Below, in pieces: positions 10,167-20,307 of a stretch of 64,000 nucleotides of DNA; the stretch's first letter is position 1; each line of letters starts with the position of its first letter. The stretch is from Armatimonadota bacterium. Lineage in GTDB: Bacteria; Armatimonadota; HRBIN16. The position numbers and the translations under genes were made by a program. The stretch spans positions 2,464,001 through 2,528,000 of the forward strand of contig OY781964.1 of the NCBI GenBank assembly GCA_963677485.1, in the 5' to 3' direction. A model generated the notes under the pieces. The model had not been told where the DNA came from and did no database searches. It saw only the letters and a program-made list of their open reading frames with translations.

Positions 10167-13100
10167 ATGATGCACATCGGCCGAAGACTCATCTTGCATA
10201 CAGCACTCATGACTATGCTCGTTTTCGCATTACTCGGATCCGCCTTCGCCGCGAAGCTTGATGACCTGGAAAGGGCATTCACCAATCCGCCGGCAGCGGC
10301 GAAACCAGGCGTGCTCTGGATGTGGATGGGCTGCAACCTCAGTAAACAAGGCATCACACGTGACCTGGAGGCGTTGAAAGCGGCAGGCTTCAACCGCACC
10401 ACGATGTTCAGCCTGGCCGATGTCACTACACCATGGGCTGGGGAGATCGGCAACAGCCCGACCCCCGAGATCATATCATGGACCGAGCCATGGTGGTAGT
10501 TGGTGTGTCATGCGGCACTTGAATCGAAGCGGCTGGGGATGGACTTCGGGATGTTCAACGGACCGAGTTATGAGTCAAGCGGAGGTCCTTGGATCACTGC
10601 AGAGAACTCCATGCAGCAGATATGTTTTTCACAAAGCCCTGTTAACGGCGGAGGGCTGATCAGCATATCTCTGCCTCGCCCTACCGTGGATCTGCGTGCT
10701 GTGCAGTCATTCCCCGTGTTCAACCCGAACACCGGCCTGGTTGAGATGCCGATAATTCCTGAACGTCAGAGTTATTACCGCGACATCGCGGTGCTTGCCA
10801 TGCCCGCCGATGGTGTCGTGTCAAAAGACCAGATCATCGACCTGAGTTCCCAACTCAGTGCTGACGGCAGTCTTAACTGGAAGGCACCGACAGGGAACTG
10901 GATCATCTACCGGCTTGGTCATACCACCATGGGCACGCTCATCCAACCCGCACAATGGAAAGCAACGGGCTTCGAGTGTGACAAGATGAGCCTGGAAGCC
11001 GTCACGTTCCACATGAATCACATGGTGGGTGAGATCAAGAAGCACATCGGCGATCTGATCGGCAACAGCTTCACTCATGTGCATTTCGACAGCTACGAGG
11101 CAGGCACACCCTCATGGACACCCAAGATGCGGGAGCAGTTCGCCAAGAGGCGCGGGTATGACATGACACCTTACCTGGCTACATTCGCTGGACGCATTGT
11201 GGAAGGCGACCCACAAACCAGCAAGTTTCAAGCTGACTTCAATACCACCACTCAGGATATTTATCGCGATGTGTAGTTTAGTACCGTGCAAAAGATTCTT
11301 CATGAGGCAAAACTCGAATTCCTGTGCGAGCCATACGGCGGTCCATGGAGACAGACGGATATCATGCCAAAGGTCGATCGTGTGATGACTGAGTTCTGGA
11401 CCGGAGGCGGACGCTATCAGCCCTATGAGGTGGAGTCCACCATCGCGGCACTGAGGAAGAGTGGGCAGAACATCGTGGAGGCAGAGGCCTTCACCGGCGG
11501 TCCAGGAGACAGCCAGTGGAGCGAAACACCGGATTGGCTGAAACCCATCGGCGATGCGGCCTACTGTGCTGGCATCAACCGCTTCGTACTGCACCGCTTC
11601 CCGCAGCAGCCATGGGATGACCGATACAAACCGGGTGCCACGATGGGACAGTGGGGCACGCACTTCGACCGCACACAGACCTGGTGGGAGCCCGGAAAGG
11701 CGATGACCAAATACTGGCAGCGATGCCAGGCGTTGCTGCAGTTTGGCAAAATCGCACCACTGGATTTCGTGGTAGATGATTCCGCACCTTCCGGGTTTTC
11801 ACCACGAGCCATTCACCGACGCACTGCGAAGCAGGATGTATGGTTCGTGGCGAATCTAGAGCGTACCGAAGGCGTGGCTGCGTGTGTATTCAACATCTCG
11901 GGCAAACAGCCTGAGCTATGGGATGCAGCAACGGGTGAACGACGTGTTCTCTCCGATTTCCAGATATCAGGCGGAGAAACTAAGATTTATCTGAAGTTCG
12001 CACCCACCCAGAGCTTCTTCGTGGTGTTTCGCCAGCCGCTTACCAAATCTCAGATCAAGAAAAGCAACAACCCAAAACTTATACCAGTCACCGAGATAAC
12101 GGGAAGCTGGGATGTCAGCTTCGACCCCAAATGGGGCGGTCCAAAGTCCGCTAAATTTGACAAGCTGACCGACTGGACTTCCCGTCCTGAAGCTGGTATA
12201 CGCTATTACTCAGGGACGGCCATCTGCCGCAAGAGCTTCGATGCAACCCACTTCAAGCAGGTCACCTACCTGGAGCTAGGAACGGTGAATCACATTGCCC
12301 GCGTTCGCTTGAACGGTCGCGATTTAGGGGTGGTCTGGTGCGCTCCCTGGGGTGTGCATCTGCCCGCGAAACTGCTCAAACCCAAGGGCAACATGCTTGA
12401 GATAGAGGTCACCAACGTCTGGGCTAACCGGTTAATTGGCGATGAACAACAACCTGCCGATTGCGAATGGCTGCCTGGGCACATGGGCGGCTGGTTCTTG
12501 AAGCGGTTCCCCGATTGGTTTGTGAAGGGTCAAGCACGACCATCCAAGGGTCGCTATTGCTTCACCACCTGGAACTACTTCACCAAAGACTCTCCGCTGG
12601 TGCCTTCAGGCTTGCTGGGGCCGGTTCGGCTGATGTCGGAAGACTGGAGCTACGCAGGCGCGCCGGTCTTTCCGGTCACACCTATAACCCTCCGGTCACG
12701 GGTTGGCGATACGAGCTCATCCGAGTTTGAGAATGATGTCTTGAAAAGTGGATTAGTTCCGGTTGCCAGCATCACTGACACCGCACCCGCACGTGATGGC
12801 GGGGGCCAGAGCGCCGATGTACTGTTTAACGGCACCACGCTGAACGGCTCTGGCGGATCAGATACCCTTAACGATGGCAAGACCTTCCGCGGTTATGGCA
12901 CAGGCAGCCTGTTGGATATCCGCTTCGATACAGCCAAAAATCCCAAGGGTTACGACCTGACAGCCATTCGCAGCTTCGCCGGACACTTTGACAGCCGGTC
13001 CAGCCAGAGCTACACGCTGCTGGTCGCCTTTGCCGGTGACCCGATGAAGTTCATTAAGTTAACGTCGGTAAAGCTACTCTACGGCGGGAAATCCACTGAG

Positions 13101-13253
13101 TTACGAATCGCCGCACGGGATGGCGGCGTGCTGCGCAACGATGAGGGCTGCAGGGCCTCTGGCGTAGCGGCAGTAAGGTTCGCTTTCGATGATGGAGCTG
13201 TAGGCTTCAATGTCTACCGCGAAGTATGCATTGTTGGAACACCGACACGGTAA
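10167..13253 (+). pseudogene. GH106 alpha-L-rhamnosidase-like gene interrupted by two in-frame TAG codons (10497-10499, 11274-11276)
   Basis: Three same-frame ORFs; signal peptide, AKPGVLWMWM, HFDSYEAG, AEAFT, GINRFVLH, VTNVWANRLIGD and SGLLGPV motifs; about 1028 aa if joined. Confidence 0.82.
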
Positions 13254-13319
13254 ACAGGTCCGCACATAACTACAAGGGCAGACGACTAACGCGCTTAGAA
13301 GCTGCCCCTGCAGGCCTGC

Positions 13320-15050
13320 CTACCTGGCTGCTTTTGCGAAGACCTTGATCCACTCGATCTCTATCTTCGTGCCTGGGGTATCGGGGAAGTCCGCCCGGAT
13401 GTTCTTCAGCATCTCGTCTTTTTTGGCGTCGGCGGTGAAACGGAACAGGTAGGTGTGGAAGCTGTCGTCAGTCTTCCATTTCACGACACAGGTGTCACCC
13501 CCAAACTTCATCTTGTCCGTCTCCCAGAAGAAGTTTCCCTTATCGGATTCGCCAGCATTATTGATACGAACCCGTATGGCGATGCCCTCAATGTTGGATA
13601 TCGGCCCCCAGTTGCCCGGGATGATCATGAAGGGGTCTCCGTTGGTGACGGTCATCACGGCTTTGCCACCGATCAGCTCCGGACCGCTCATATTAGCGAT
13701 ACCCAAATTGGTCCGTAGCTGGCCGGCTGGCCACTCAGATATGGCGTTCTTGGGCAGTTCCGCAGGGTCGACTACATAGGCAACACTCTTGTTGGCGACA
13801 AATACCGGTGATGGTGGGCCAGCTTCAACCTTCACCGCCGCCGCGAGCTGCTCATCGTCAAGCACGCTGTATGACCGGACCTGCTCAGGGGTGGGACGGG
13901 CCCACTTGTTAGGGCCTTTGTTACCAAACACCCGGCGGACCGCATCGAGGTGCGAAAAGCCGAACTCCTTAGATGGCTCCAGGTGTGATCCCTCTCCCCA
14001 CTCATTCCAGGCCTCGATCATGAAGTATGGGAACTCGGGTTTGACTAGTGCTTTTCCGTTGCGCAGCATCTGCTCGAACAGCGCGGGCGTCCAGCCGGTG
14101 CGCACCCAGTTCGGCTGACCACCAGGAAGCGTCCGAGGGCTGTCGTCCCAACCCGCCTGCGCTCCCACGATGAACGGCTTCTTCTTGCCCAGCATCTTTT
14201 GCCAGATCGGCTTTACCCCTTCCACAATCTCCGAGTAGGGGGCTGAGCCGGGGAAGGTCCAGTAGGAGTCCGTCAGCACCCAGTGGTAGCTATAAGAGGT
14301 GAACGCATCGCCGACAGGCACATCCGCGACCAGGCTGGGCTCGTTGTTGTCCCAAACAAGGAAGAGATCACCCAGACCACGCGCCCGGCAGAGCGCATTC
14401 AATCGCGGCAGCACCTTGAGCTGGAACTTATCCGCCCCGCCGCATGCTGCCAGAATCGGCTTGATGTCCAGGATCATAAACACAGGTCGGCCCTTGATCT
14501 TGAGGTAGTTCGGGCGGACGAAGTAGTTGTCCACGCAGTATTTGATCATCGCTTCCAGCGCGTCAGGGTCAAATACGAACGTCCGCTTATAGTCAAGTCC
14601 GTGATTACACCAGTTGATGCAGAACTGCATCTGCTCGTTGTAGCGGGCGTTCAGGAACCCCTTCTCCAGACTTCTAGCCAGCCGCTTCTCGCCGTCACTA
14701 TAATACCAGTCGAAAGCAAACCAGCTAATACCCGCCTCAAGCGCCCACTTGATGTGCCAGTCGTTCACCTCGGGCATCGAGTCGTCGTAGAAACTCAGCA
14801 CCGGCCGCGGTTTTGGCAGCTTCGCGATAGCGGACATCCACTCACTCTGCTCATCGAAGGTCGGATATGGGTAGTCATTGGTGCCGGCTTTGCGGTACCA
14901 GCCAGGGAAAATGTAGGTTCCCACCTTGATGCTGGTTTCCACCGGTTTTGGCGGCGGCACCGGATAGGCAGTATCGGCACGTGTGATGACAGACACCCCC
15001 AGCATAAATCCCATCATACAAATCAGCAGCAGAGTTGTTGTTCTATCCAT
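13320..15050 (-). CDS. Secreted GH99-like / WbsX-family glycoside hydrolase with C-terminal beta-sandwich
   Basis: Signal peptide; FAFDWYY, FCINWCNH, AGWDDSPR and EAWNEWGEGSHLEP motifs. Confidence 0.8.
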   Translation of the reverse strand: MDRTTTLLLICMMGFMLGVSVITRADTAYPVPPPKPVETSIKVGTYIFPGWYRKAGTNDYPYPTFDEQSEWMSAIAKLPKPRPVLSFYDDSMPEVNDWHIKWALEAGISWFAFDWYYSDGEKRLARSLEKGFLNARYNEQMQFCINWCNHGLDYKRTFVFDPDALEAMIKYCVDNYFVRPNYLKIKGRPVFMILDIKPILAACGGADKFQLKVLPRLNALCRARGLGDLFLVWDNNEPSLVADVPVGDAFTSYSYHWVLTDSYWTFPGSAPYSEIVEGVKPIWQKMLGKKKPFIVGAQAGWDDSPRTLPGGQPNWVRTGWTPALFEQMLRNGKALVKPEFPYFMIEAWNEWGEGSHLEPSKEFGFSHLDAVRRVFGNKGPNKWARPTPEQVRSYSVLDDEQLAAAVKVEAGPPSPVFVANKSVAYVVDPAELPKNAISEWPAGQLRTNLGIANMSGPELIGGKAVMTVTNGDPFMIIPGNWGPISNIEGIAIRVRINNAGESDKGNFFWETDKMKFGGDTCVVKWKTDDSFHTYLFRFTADAKKDEMLKNIRADFPDTPGTKIEIEWIKVFAKAAR

Positions 15051-15163
15051 GGCGTTACTCCAGTCACACGGTCAGAAGAGATGAGATGATCAGCCGAAAT
15101 GGCCGCTCATCTGTATCATTGTAAGCCGAATAGGGTGTTCAGGGGAAGGCGCGGTCATTCTCC

Positions 15164-15269
15164 TTCGTGTTCATTCGTGTGAATTCGTGGTTAAGAGAAG
15201 ACCGGTAGGATGAGTAGGTCGAGTAGGACAGGTTCCATACCCTCCGCGTCCTCCGCGTCTCCGCGTGAC
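15164..15269. repeat. Composite short tandem repeat cluster (CRCRRAK family plus GTAGGA 9-mer)
   Basis: ttcgtgttcattcgtgtgaattcgtggtt; gtaggatgagtaggtcgagtaggac; ctccgcgtcctccgcgtctccgcgtg. Confidence 0.75.
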
Positions 15270-15388
15270 ACCATTACGGAACATAGCCAATCACGGCAGC
15301 GGCTTGTTATCATGATGGTGAGCTACCACTCAGTAGACCCTCACAACGAAGAATATTCATACTTATACGCACGCAATGGAGGAACCGC

Positions 15389-17737
15389 ATGGCTTTGAAG
15401 GTTTGGTATACACAGCCCGCCCAGCAGTGGGAACAGGCGTTACCGGTGGGTAACGGACGATTGGGCGCGATGCACTTCGCGGGCGCCTCAATTGACCTAC
15501 TGCAACTGAATGAACACAGCCTTTGGAGCGGTGGACCGCAGCACGCGGACAACCCTGGCGCGCGTGATGTTCAGGATAAAGTGCGTGAGCTGATTTTCGC
15601 CAACCGCTACGGCGATGCTCAGAAGCTGATGTCGGAGCATTTTGTGTGCAAAGGGCCCGGCAGCGGGATGGGCGTGGGAGCGAAGGTAGCCTTTGGCTGC
15701 TACCAGACCCTGGGTGACTTAAATCTGGAATTCGAAGGGGTCACCGAAACCAGTGCTTATCAGCGTGAGCTGGACATCTCGCAAGCGGTCGCCCGCTGCC
15801 AGTTCACCGCCGATGGCGTGGTTCATAAACGTGAGCTGTTCAGCAGTGCCGCGCATCAGGTGCTGGTCTACCGCTGCCAGGTGGATCGTCCCGGCGCTTT
15901 GTCGGTGAAGATCGCCATGAGCAGGGCAGACGCCGTCACCGTGGCAGTTGAGGCTCTGGACATCGTGATGCGCGGTGAAGTCACTGGCAGCGAAATGCGC
16001 CAGGGCACCCAATACTGGTCGCGGCTGCGCGTGCTGCATGACGGCGGCGAGCTGAGCGTTGAGGGCACCGCTTTGAAGCTTCAGGGGGCGACCAGCTTTA
16101 CGCTGCTGGTTTCTGCAGGCACAGACGTGGTGCCATACCAGCCTATGAAGCGCAACACCGAATTCGTATCTACGGGGCTCGATCGCCTGAATAAGGCAGC
16201 CAAAACGCCCTATTCGCTGATCCTCAGCGAGCACATCCGTGACTACCAGCAGCTCTTCAATCGCTTTGAAATCGAGCTCGGGCGCTCAGAAGGTGACCAT
16301 CTGCCCACAGATGAGCGGCTGAAGCGCGTGTCCAAGGGGCAATCCGACCCAGGCTTTGCGGCGCTCTACATGCAGTATGGACGATATCTGCTGATCAGCA
16401 GCTCGCGGCCAGGTGGCCTACCCGCGAATCTACAGGGGTTGTGGTCAAAAGAAATCCAGACACCTTGGAATGGCGATTATCACTTGAACATCAACGTGCA
16501 GATGAACTACTGGCACGCTGAGGTGACCAACATCCAAGACTGCCATGAGCCAATGATGAAGCTCATCGCCTCACTGGTGAAGCCCGGTCGTGTCACAGCC
16601 AAGCAAATGTACGGTGCCCGCGGCTGGGTGGCGCATGTGGTGACAAACATCTGGGGGTTTACCTCTCCTGGTGAGGACATCCGATGGGGCAGCACCCTCA
16701 ACGGCGCGGTTTGGCTCTGCCAGCACCTGTGGGAGCACTATTCGTATCAGCCGGATGAGGCGTTTCTGAAGTGGGCGTATCCCATCATGAAAGAGGCGGC
16801 GCTGTTCTTCTGCGATGACCTCGTGCGCCATCCGAAATACGGTTGGATGGTCACCTGCCCGTCCAATTCGCCGGAGAACCACTTCCGGTCGCCAGACGGG
16901 GTCGATGCCACCATCTGCGCGGGACCCTATATGGACACGGAGATCATCACGGAGCACTTCAGGAATTGCATTGCCGCTGCCGAGATTCTGGGCAAAGACA
17001 CCACATTCCGCAAGCAGCTCTCGGAGCTCATAGGCAAACTGCCCCCACTCAGGACAGGCAGCGAGGGCCAGTTGCTGGAGTGGCTGGAGGAGTTCCCGGA
17101 ACTGGAGCCCACCCACCGGCACACATCGCATCTGTTCGCACTGTATCCCGGGACGATGATCGACCCTGTGATGACGCCCGATCTGGCCACAGCCGCGAAG
17201 GTGACCATGAAACGCCGCGGGGATGTCAGCACCGGATGGTCAATGGCCTGGAAGTCGCTCTTCTGGGCACGGCTGGGCGAGGCTCAGCGCGCCTACGAGC
17301 TGCTGAGCGGCCTATGGCGCCCAGTGCTTAGCACTGAAGCCGACTACAGCGCAGGAGGGGGCAGCTACCCTAACCTGTTCTGTGCGCACCCACCATTCCA
17401 GATCGATGGCAACTTCGGCGGGGCGGCGGCGATTGCGGAGATGCTGCTGCAAAGCCACAACGGCGAGATTCGGCTTCTGCCGGCATTGCCGGACGCATGG
17501 CCGAATGGGCGGGTTTCGGGTATCCGTGCCAGAAACGGCCATGAGCTGAGCCTTCAGTGGCAACACGGCAAGCTGCAGCGAGTGGATCTGCGTGTGGGCA
17601 GCGCGGGAGATGTCAAGCTGCGCTGGCCGAAAGGCCTGCAGCCTCGCGGTCAGTCAGCCGATGCGAAGCTGGGTGAGGGCGAGATGCTGCTGTCCGGCTT
17701 AAGCGCAGGGCAGATGGTCAAGCTGGAGTTTTCGTAA
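15389..17737 (+). CDS. GH95 alpha-L-fucosidase
   Basis: ALPVGNGRLGAM, YGRYLLISSSR, NLQGLW, NINVQMNYW, HRHTSHL and FQIDGNFG motifs. Confidence 0.95.
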   Translation: MALKVWYTQPAQQWEQALPVGNGRLGAMHFAGASIDLLQLNEHSLWSGGPQHADNPGARDVQDKVRELIFANRYGDAQKLMSEHFVCKGPGSGMGVGAKVAFGCYQTLGDLNLEFEGVTETSAYQRELDISQAVARCQFTADGVVHKRELFSSAAHQVLVYRCQVDRPGALSVKIAMSRADAVTVAVEALDIVMRGEVTGSEMRQGTQYWSRLRVLHDGGELSVEGTALKLQGATSFTLLVSAGTDVVPYQPMKRNTEFVSTGLDRLNKAAKTPYSLILSEHIRDYQQLFNRFEIELGRSEGDHLPTDERLKRVSKGQSDPGFAALYMQYGRYLLISSSRPGGLPANLQGLWSKEIQTPWNGDYHLNINVQMNYWHAEVTNIQDCHEPMMKLIASLVKPGRVTAKQMYGARGWVAHVVTNIWGFTSPGEDIRWGSTLNGAVWLCQHLWEHYSYQPDEAFLKWAYPIMKEAALFFCDDLVRHPKYGWMVTCPSNSPENHFRSPDGVDATICAGPYMDTEIITEHFRNCIAAAEILGKDTTFRKQLSELIGKLPPLRTGSEGQLLEWLEEFPELEPTHRHTSHLFALYPGTMIDPVMTPDLATAAKVTMKRRGDVSTGWSMAWKSLFWARLGEAQRAYELLSGLWRPVLSTEADYSAGGGSYPNLFCAHPPFQIDGNFGGAAAIAEMLLQSHNGEIRLLPALPDAWPNGRVSGIRARNGHELSLQWQHGKLQRVDLRVGSAGDVKLRWPKGLQPRGQSADAKLGEGEMLLSGLSAGQMVKLEFS

Positions 17738-17753
17738 CTCGCCGGTACAGACC

Positions 17754-17785
17754 AGGGGCAGGCCGTTTGGCCTGCCCCTTTTTTC
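17754..17785 (+). terminator. Intrinsic terminator
   Basis: AGGGGCAGGCC-gttt-GGCCTGCCCCT followed by a T run. Confidence 0.9.
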
Positions 17786-17898
17786 AGTTGGACGGTGATC
17801 CCCATTCGACTCACCCCTCACTACCATCCGCCTCCGCCATTAAGCCGCTTCGAGTAGAATCTACTGGGTATAGAATTCACATAGCATGGGGTGTATAG

Positions 17899-19614
17899 AT
17901 GAGTATCAAGTATTACGAAACGCTGCCGGATGTATGGTCAGAAGGGGCTCTGTTTGCCTATTCAGGCATCGACGGACCTACCTGCACAGCATCGGGGTTT
18001 GTGTCTACTCTGCTGGAAAAACCTTTCGGGCTGCTAATTCATACACCCATGCAGCGCATGATCCGGTTTCTGCTCAAAGGCGGTGGACATGTCGACCTTG
18101 TCACGGGTGACTTAACGGCGATGGTAACCACTCTGGGTAATTTCGGACTGGCATACAGTGAGTGGCACACCATCATTGGGATATTACCTGAGCAGGCGGA
18201 AGTGCGTGTCGTCCGTGAGTTCGGCCTGTGGGAGAACCTGAACGATGTGGCGATCTCCGTGGACGAGGCAACTCACGACGCGGTGGTCATGCAGGCGGTG
18301 GGCAGCCGCCTCGCCATCTGCTACGGCGATTGTCTGGAGCAGGCCATGGGCCGTCTCGATGATGCATTGAAGCTGGACTTTGAAACAGTCGCCATCGAGC
18401 GTATGAGGTTCGCAGGATCCGTAATGGGCCTGACCGATAAGTATCAGGCGTTACTGATGAAATGTCTGTGCGTGATGAAGGTCAACACCTTATGGCCTGA
18501 GGGGGCCATCAAACGACGCTGGAGCACCCCTGACCGCCTGCCGCACCGTCATATGTGGATGTGGGATAGCGTGTTCCACGCCCTGGGCATGCTGCTGTAT
18601 GACAGCGCGCTGGCTTGGGACTTCGTCGATGCCGTACTCGACACCCAGCAGGAAGATGGCATGATCCCGCATATGGACCGCATTGACGGCACCCATTCCG
18701 AGATCACACAACCTCCGCTGCTGGCTTGGGCCGTGAGGGAAGTGGAATCGGGGCTGAGCGATCCTCAGTGCCTGCAGATGGCATATCCTAAGCTGCTGAA
18801 ATACCTGGAGTGGTTTGACGCCAACCGATGTGATGAGGCCAGCGGGCTGTATTACTGGCACATTAATGAGGATGCAAACAACCGCTGCGATGAGAGCGGT
18901 ATGGACAACTCCCCACGGTTTGATGGAGGCGTTCGGCTATTAGCCGTCGATCTGACCTGTTATCTGGCAAATGAGTGGGCCAACATGGCGATTATCGCCG
19001 AACGAATGGGGCTTGATGACGAAGCGGATCAGGCCTGGCAGCGGTCAGCACAGCTGGCGGAGCAGATTTATCTGCGCATGTGGAACGAAAAGAGCGGCTT
19101 CTACCATGACTTGCATCTTGACGGCTCGTTTAGTCCTGTGCTGGCCGTGAGTGGGTTCCTGCCGCTTCTGCTGCCCTCCTTGCCTAAGACACATCTGGCT
19201 TCACTACTGAAGCACCTGGATAACCCCATGACTTTCGGCACACGCTACCCGGTGCCCTCGGTGGCCGCGAACGACCCTTCCTATGGTCACGACATGTGGC
19301 GCGGGGCCACCTGGGTCAACATGAACTGGATGATCTACACTGGTCTGAAGCTGCAAAGAAAGCCCAAAGAAGCCCGCAAGCTGGCCAAGGCGACCATCGA
19401 CGCCGCCGAAGCAGCCGCTAAAGCGCATGGCGTGATCTTTGAGTATATGGACAGCGCAGGCAAGATGGCGCCTACTCTGCTTGACCGTAAGGGTAAATGC
19501 GAGAACAAGCCGTACCTGGTGGGCAAGATGGATTCCGTGCGTGATTACCACTGGAGCGCGGCATTACTCGCGCGCATGATCGTAGAGGTTGCCAAGCTCA
19601 AGAAGCAAGGCTGA
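17899..19614 (+). CDS. GH63/MGH1-like (alpha/alpha)6 glycoside hydrolase
   Basis: WMWDSVFH, TQPPLLAWAV, ESGMDNSPRFD and MWRGATWVNMNW motifs. Confidence 0.85.
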   Translation: MSIKYYETLPDVWSEGALFAYSGIDGPTCTASGFVSTLLEKPFGLLIHTPMQRMIRFLLKGGGHVDLVTGDLTAMVTTLGNFGLAYSEWHTIIGILPEQAEVRVVREFGLWENLNDVAISVDEATHDAVVMQAVGSRLAICYGDCLEQAMGRLDDALKLDFETVAIERMRFAGSVMGLTDKYQALLMKCLCVMKVNTLWPEGAIKRRWSTPDRLPHRHMWMWDSVFHALGMLLYDSALAWDFVDAVLDTQQEDGMIPHMDRIDGTHSEITQPPLLAWAVREVESGLSDPQCLQMAYPKLLKYLEWFDANRCDEASGLYYWHINEDANNRCDESGMDNSPRFDGGVRLLAVDLTCYLANEWANMAIIAERMGLDDEADQAWQRSAQLAEQIYLRMWNEKSGFYHDLHLDGSFSPVLAVSGFLPLLLPSLPKTHLASLLKHLDNPMTFGTRYPVPSVAANDPSYGHDMWRGATWVNMNWMIYTGLKLQRKPKEARKLAKATIDAAEAAAKAHGVIFEYMDSAGKMAPTLLDRKGKCENKPYLVGKMDSVRDYHWSAALLARMIVEVAKLKKQG

Positions 19615-19641
19615 TAATGCCTTTGACCGGGGCGGTCTCGG

Positions 19642-20284
19642 TTGCCTATGTCCGGGGCGGTTTTCCCTAACCACGCCGGCCTTGATCCATGCGTGACGAG
19701 GGATTTACGGCTAACCGCCAGACCGGCGCGGTCTTGAGTCTTCTGTAGCCGCGAGCCTCCTGTCAGACCGCCCCGGACATAGGCAATGATTGCTTCTCGA
19801 TATTATGGCCAGCGTCCGGGGCGGTTTCTCCTAACCGCGCCGGTCTTGATCTATGCGTGACGAGGGATTTACGGCTATCCGCCAGACCGGCGCGGTCTTG
19901 AGCTTTCTGTAGCCGCCAGCCTCCTGTCAGACCGCCCCGGACATAGGCAATGATTACTTCTTGATATTATTGCCAGAGTCCGGGCGGTTTTCTCCTAACC
20001 GCGCCGGTCTTGATCTATGCGTGACGAGGGATTTACGGCTATCCGCCAGACCGGCGCGGTCTTGAGATTTCTGCAACCGCAAGCCGCCTGTCAGACCGCC
20101 CGGACATAGGCAATGGTAGCTTCTCAATATTATGGCCAGAGTCCGGGGCGGTTTTCCCTAACCGCGCCGGTCTTGATCTATACGTGACGAGGGATTAACG
20201 GCTATCCGCCAGACCGGCGCGGTCTTGAGCCTTCAGTAGCCTCGAGCCACCTGTCAGACCGCCCCGGACATAGGCAATGGTAGC
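19642..20284. repeat. Tandem array of four ~164 bp palindromic units between convergent genes
   Basis: Unit starts GTCCGGG(G)CGGTT at 19650, 19814, 19978 and 20141; each unit has nested inverted motifs. Confidence 0.92.
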
Positions 20285-20307
20285 ACCAGCAATCCGCAGA
20301 ATCTCCC

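Noticed and set aside
10497-11276. Genome-wide TAG recoding or pyrrolysine
   Set aside because: TAG ends apparently complete genes here (e.g. 1168, 9935, 42739, 53921); no pyl genes seen; the inferred ancestral residues differ between sites.
10041-13510. DGR template/variable repeat pair
   Set aside because: Differences are not restricted to adenines, many are synonymous, and no reverse transcriptase is present; a paralog remnant explains it better.
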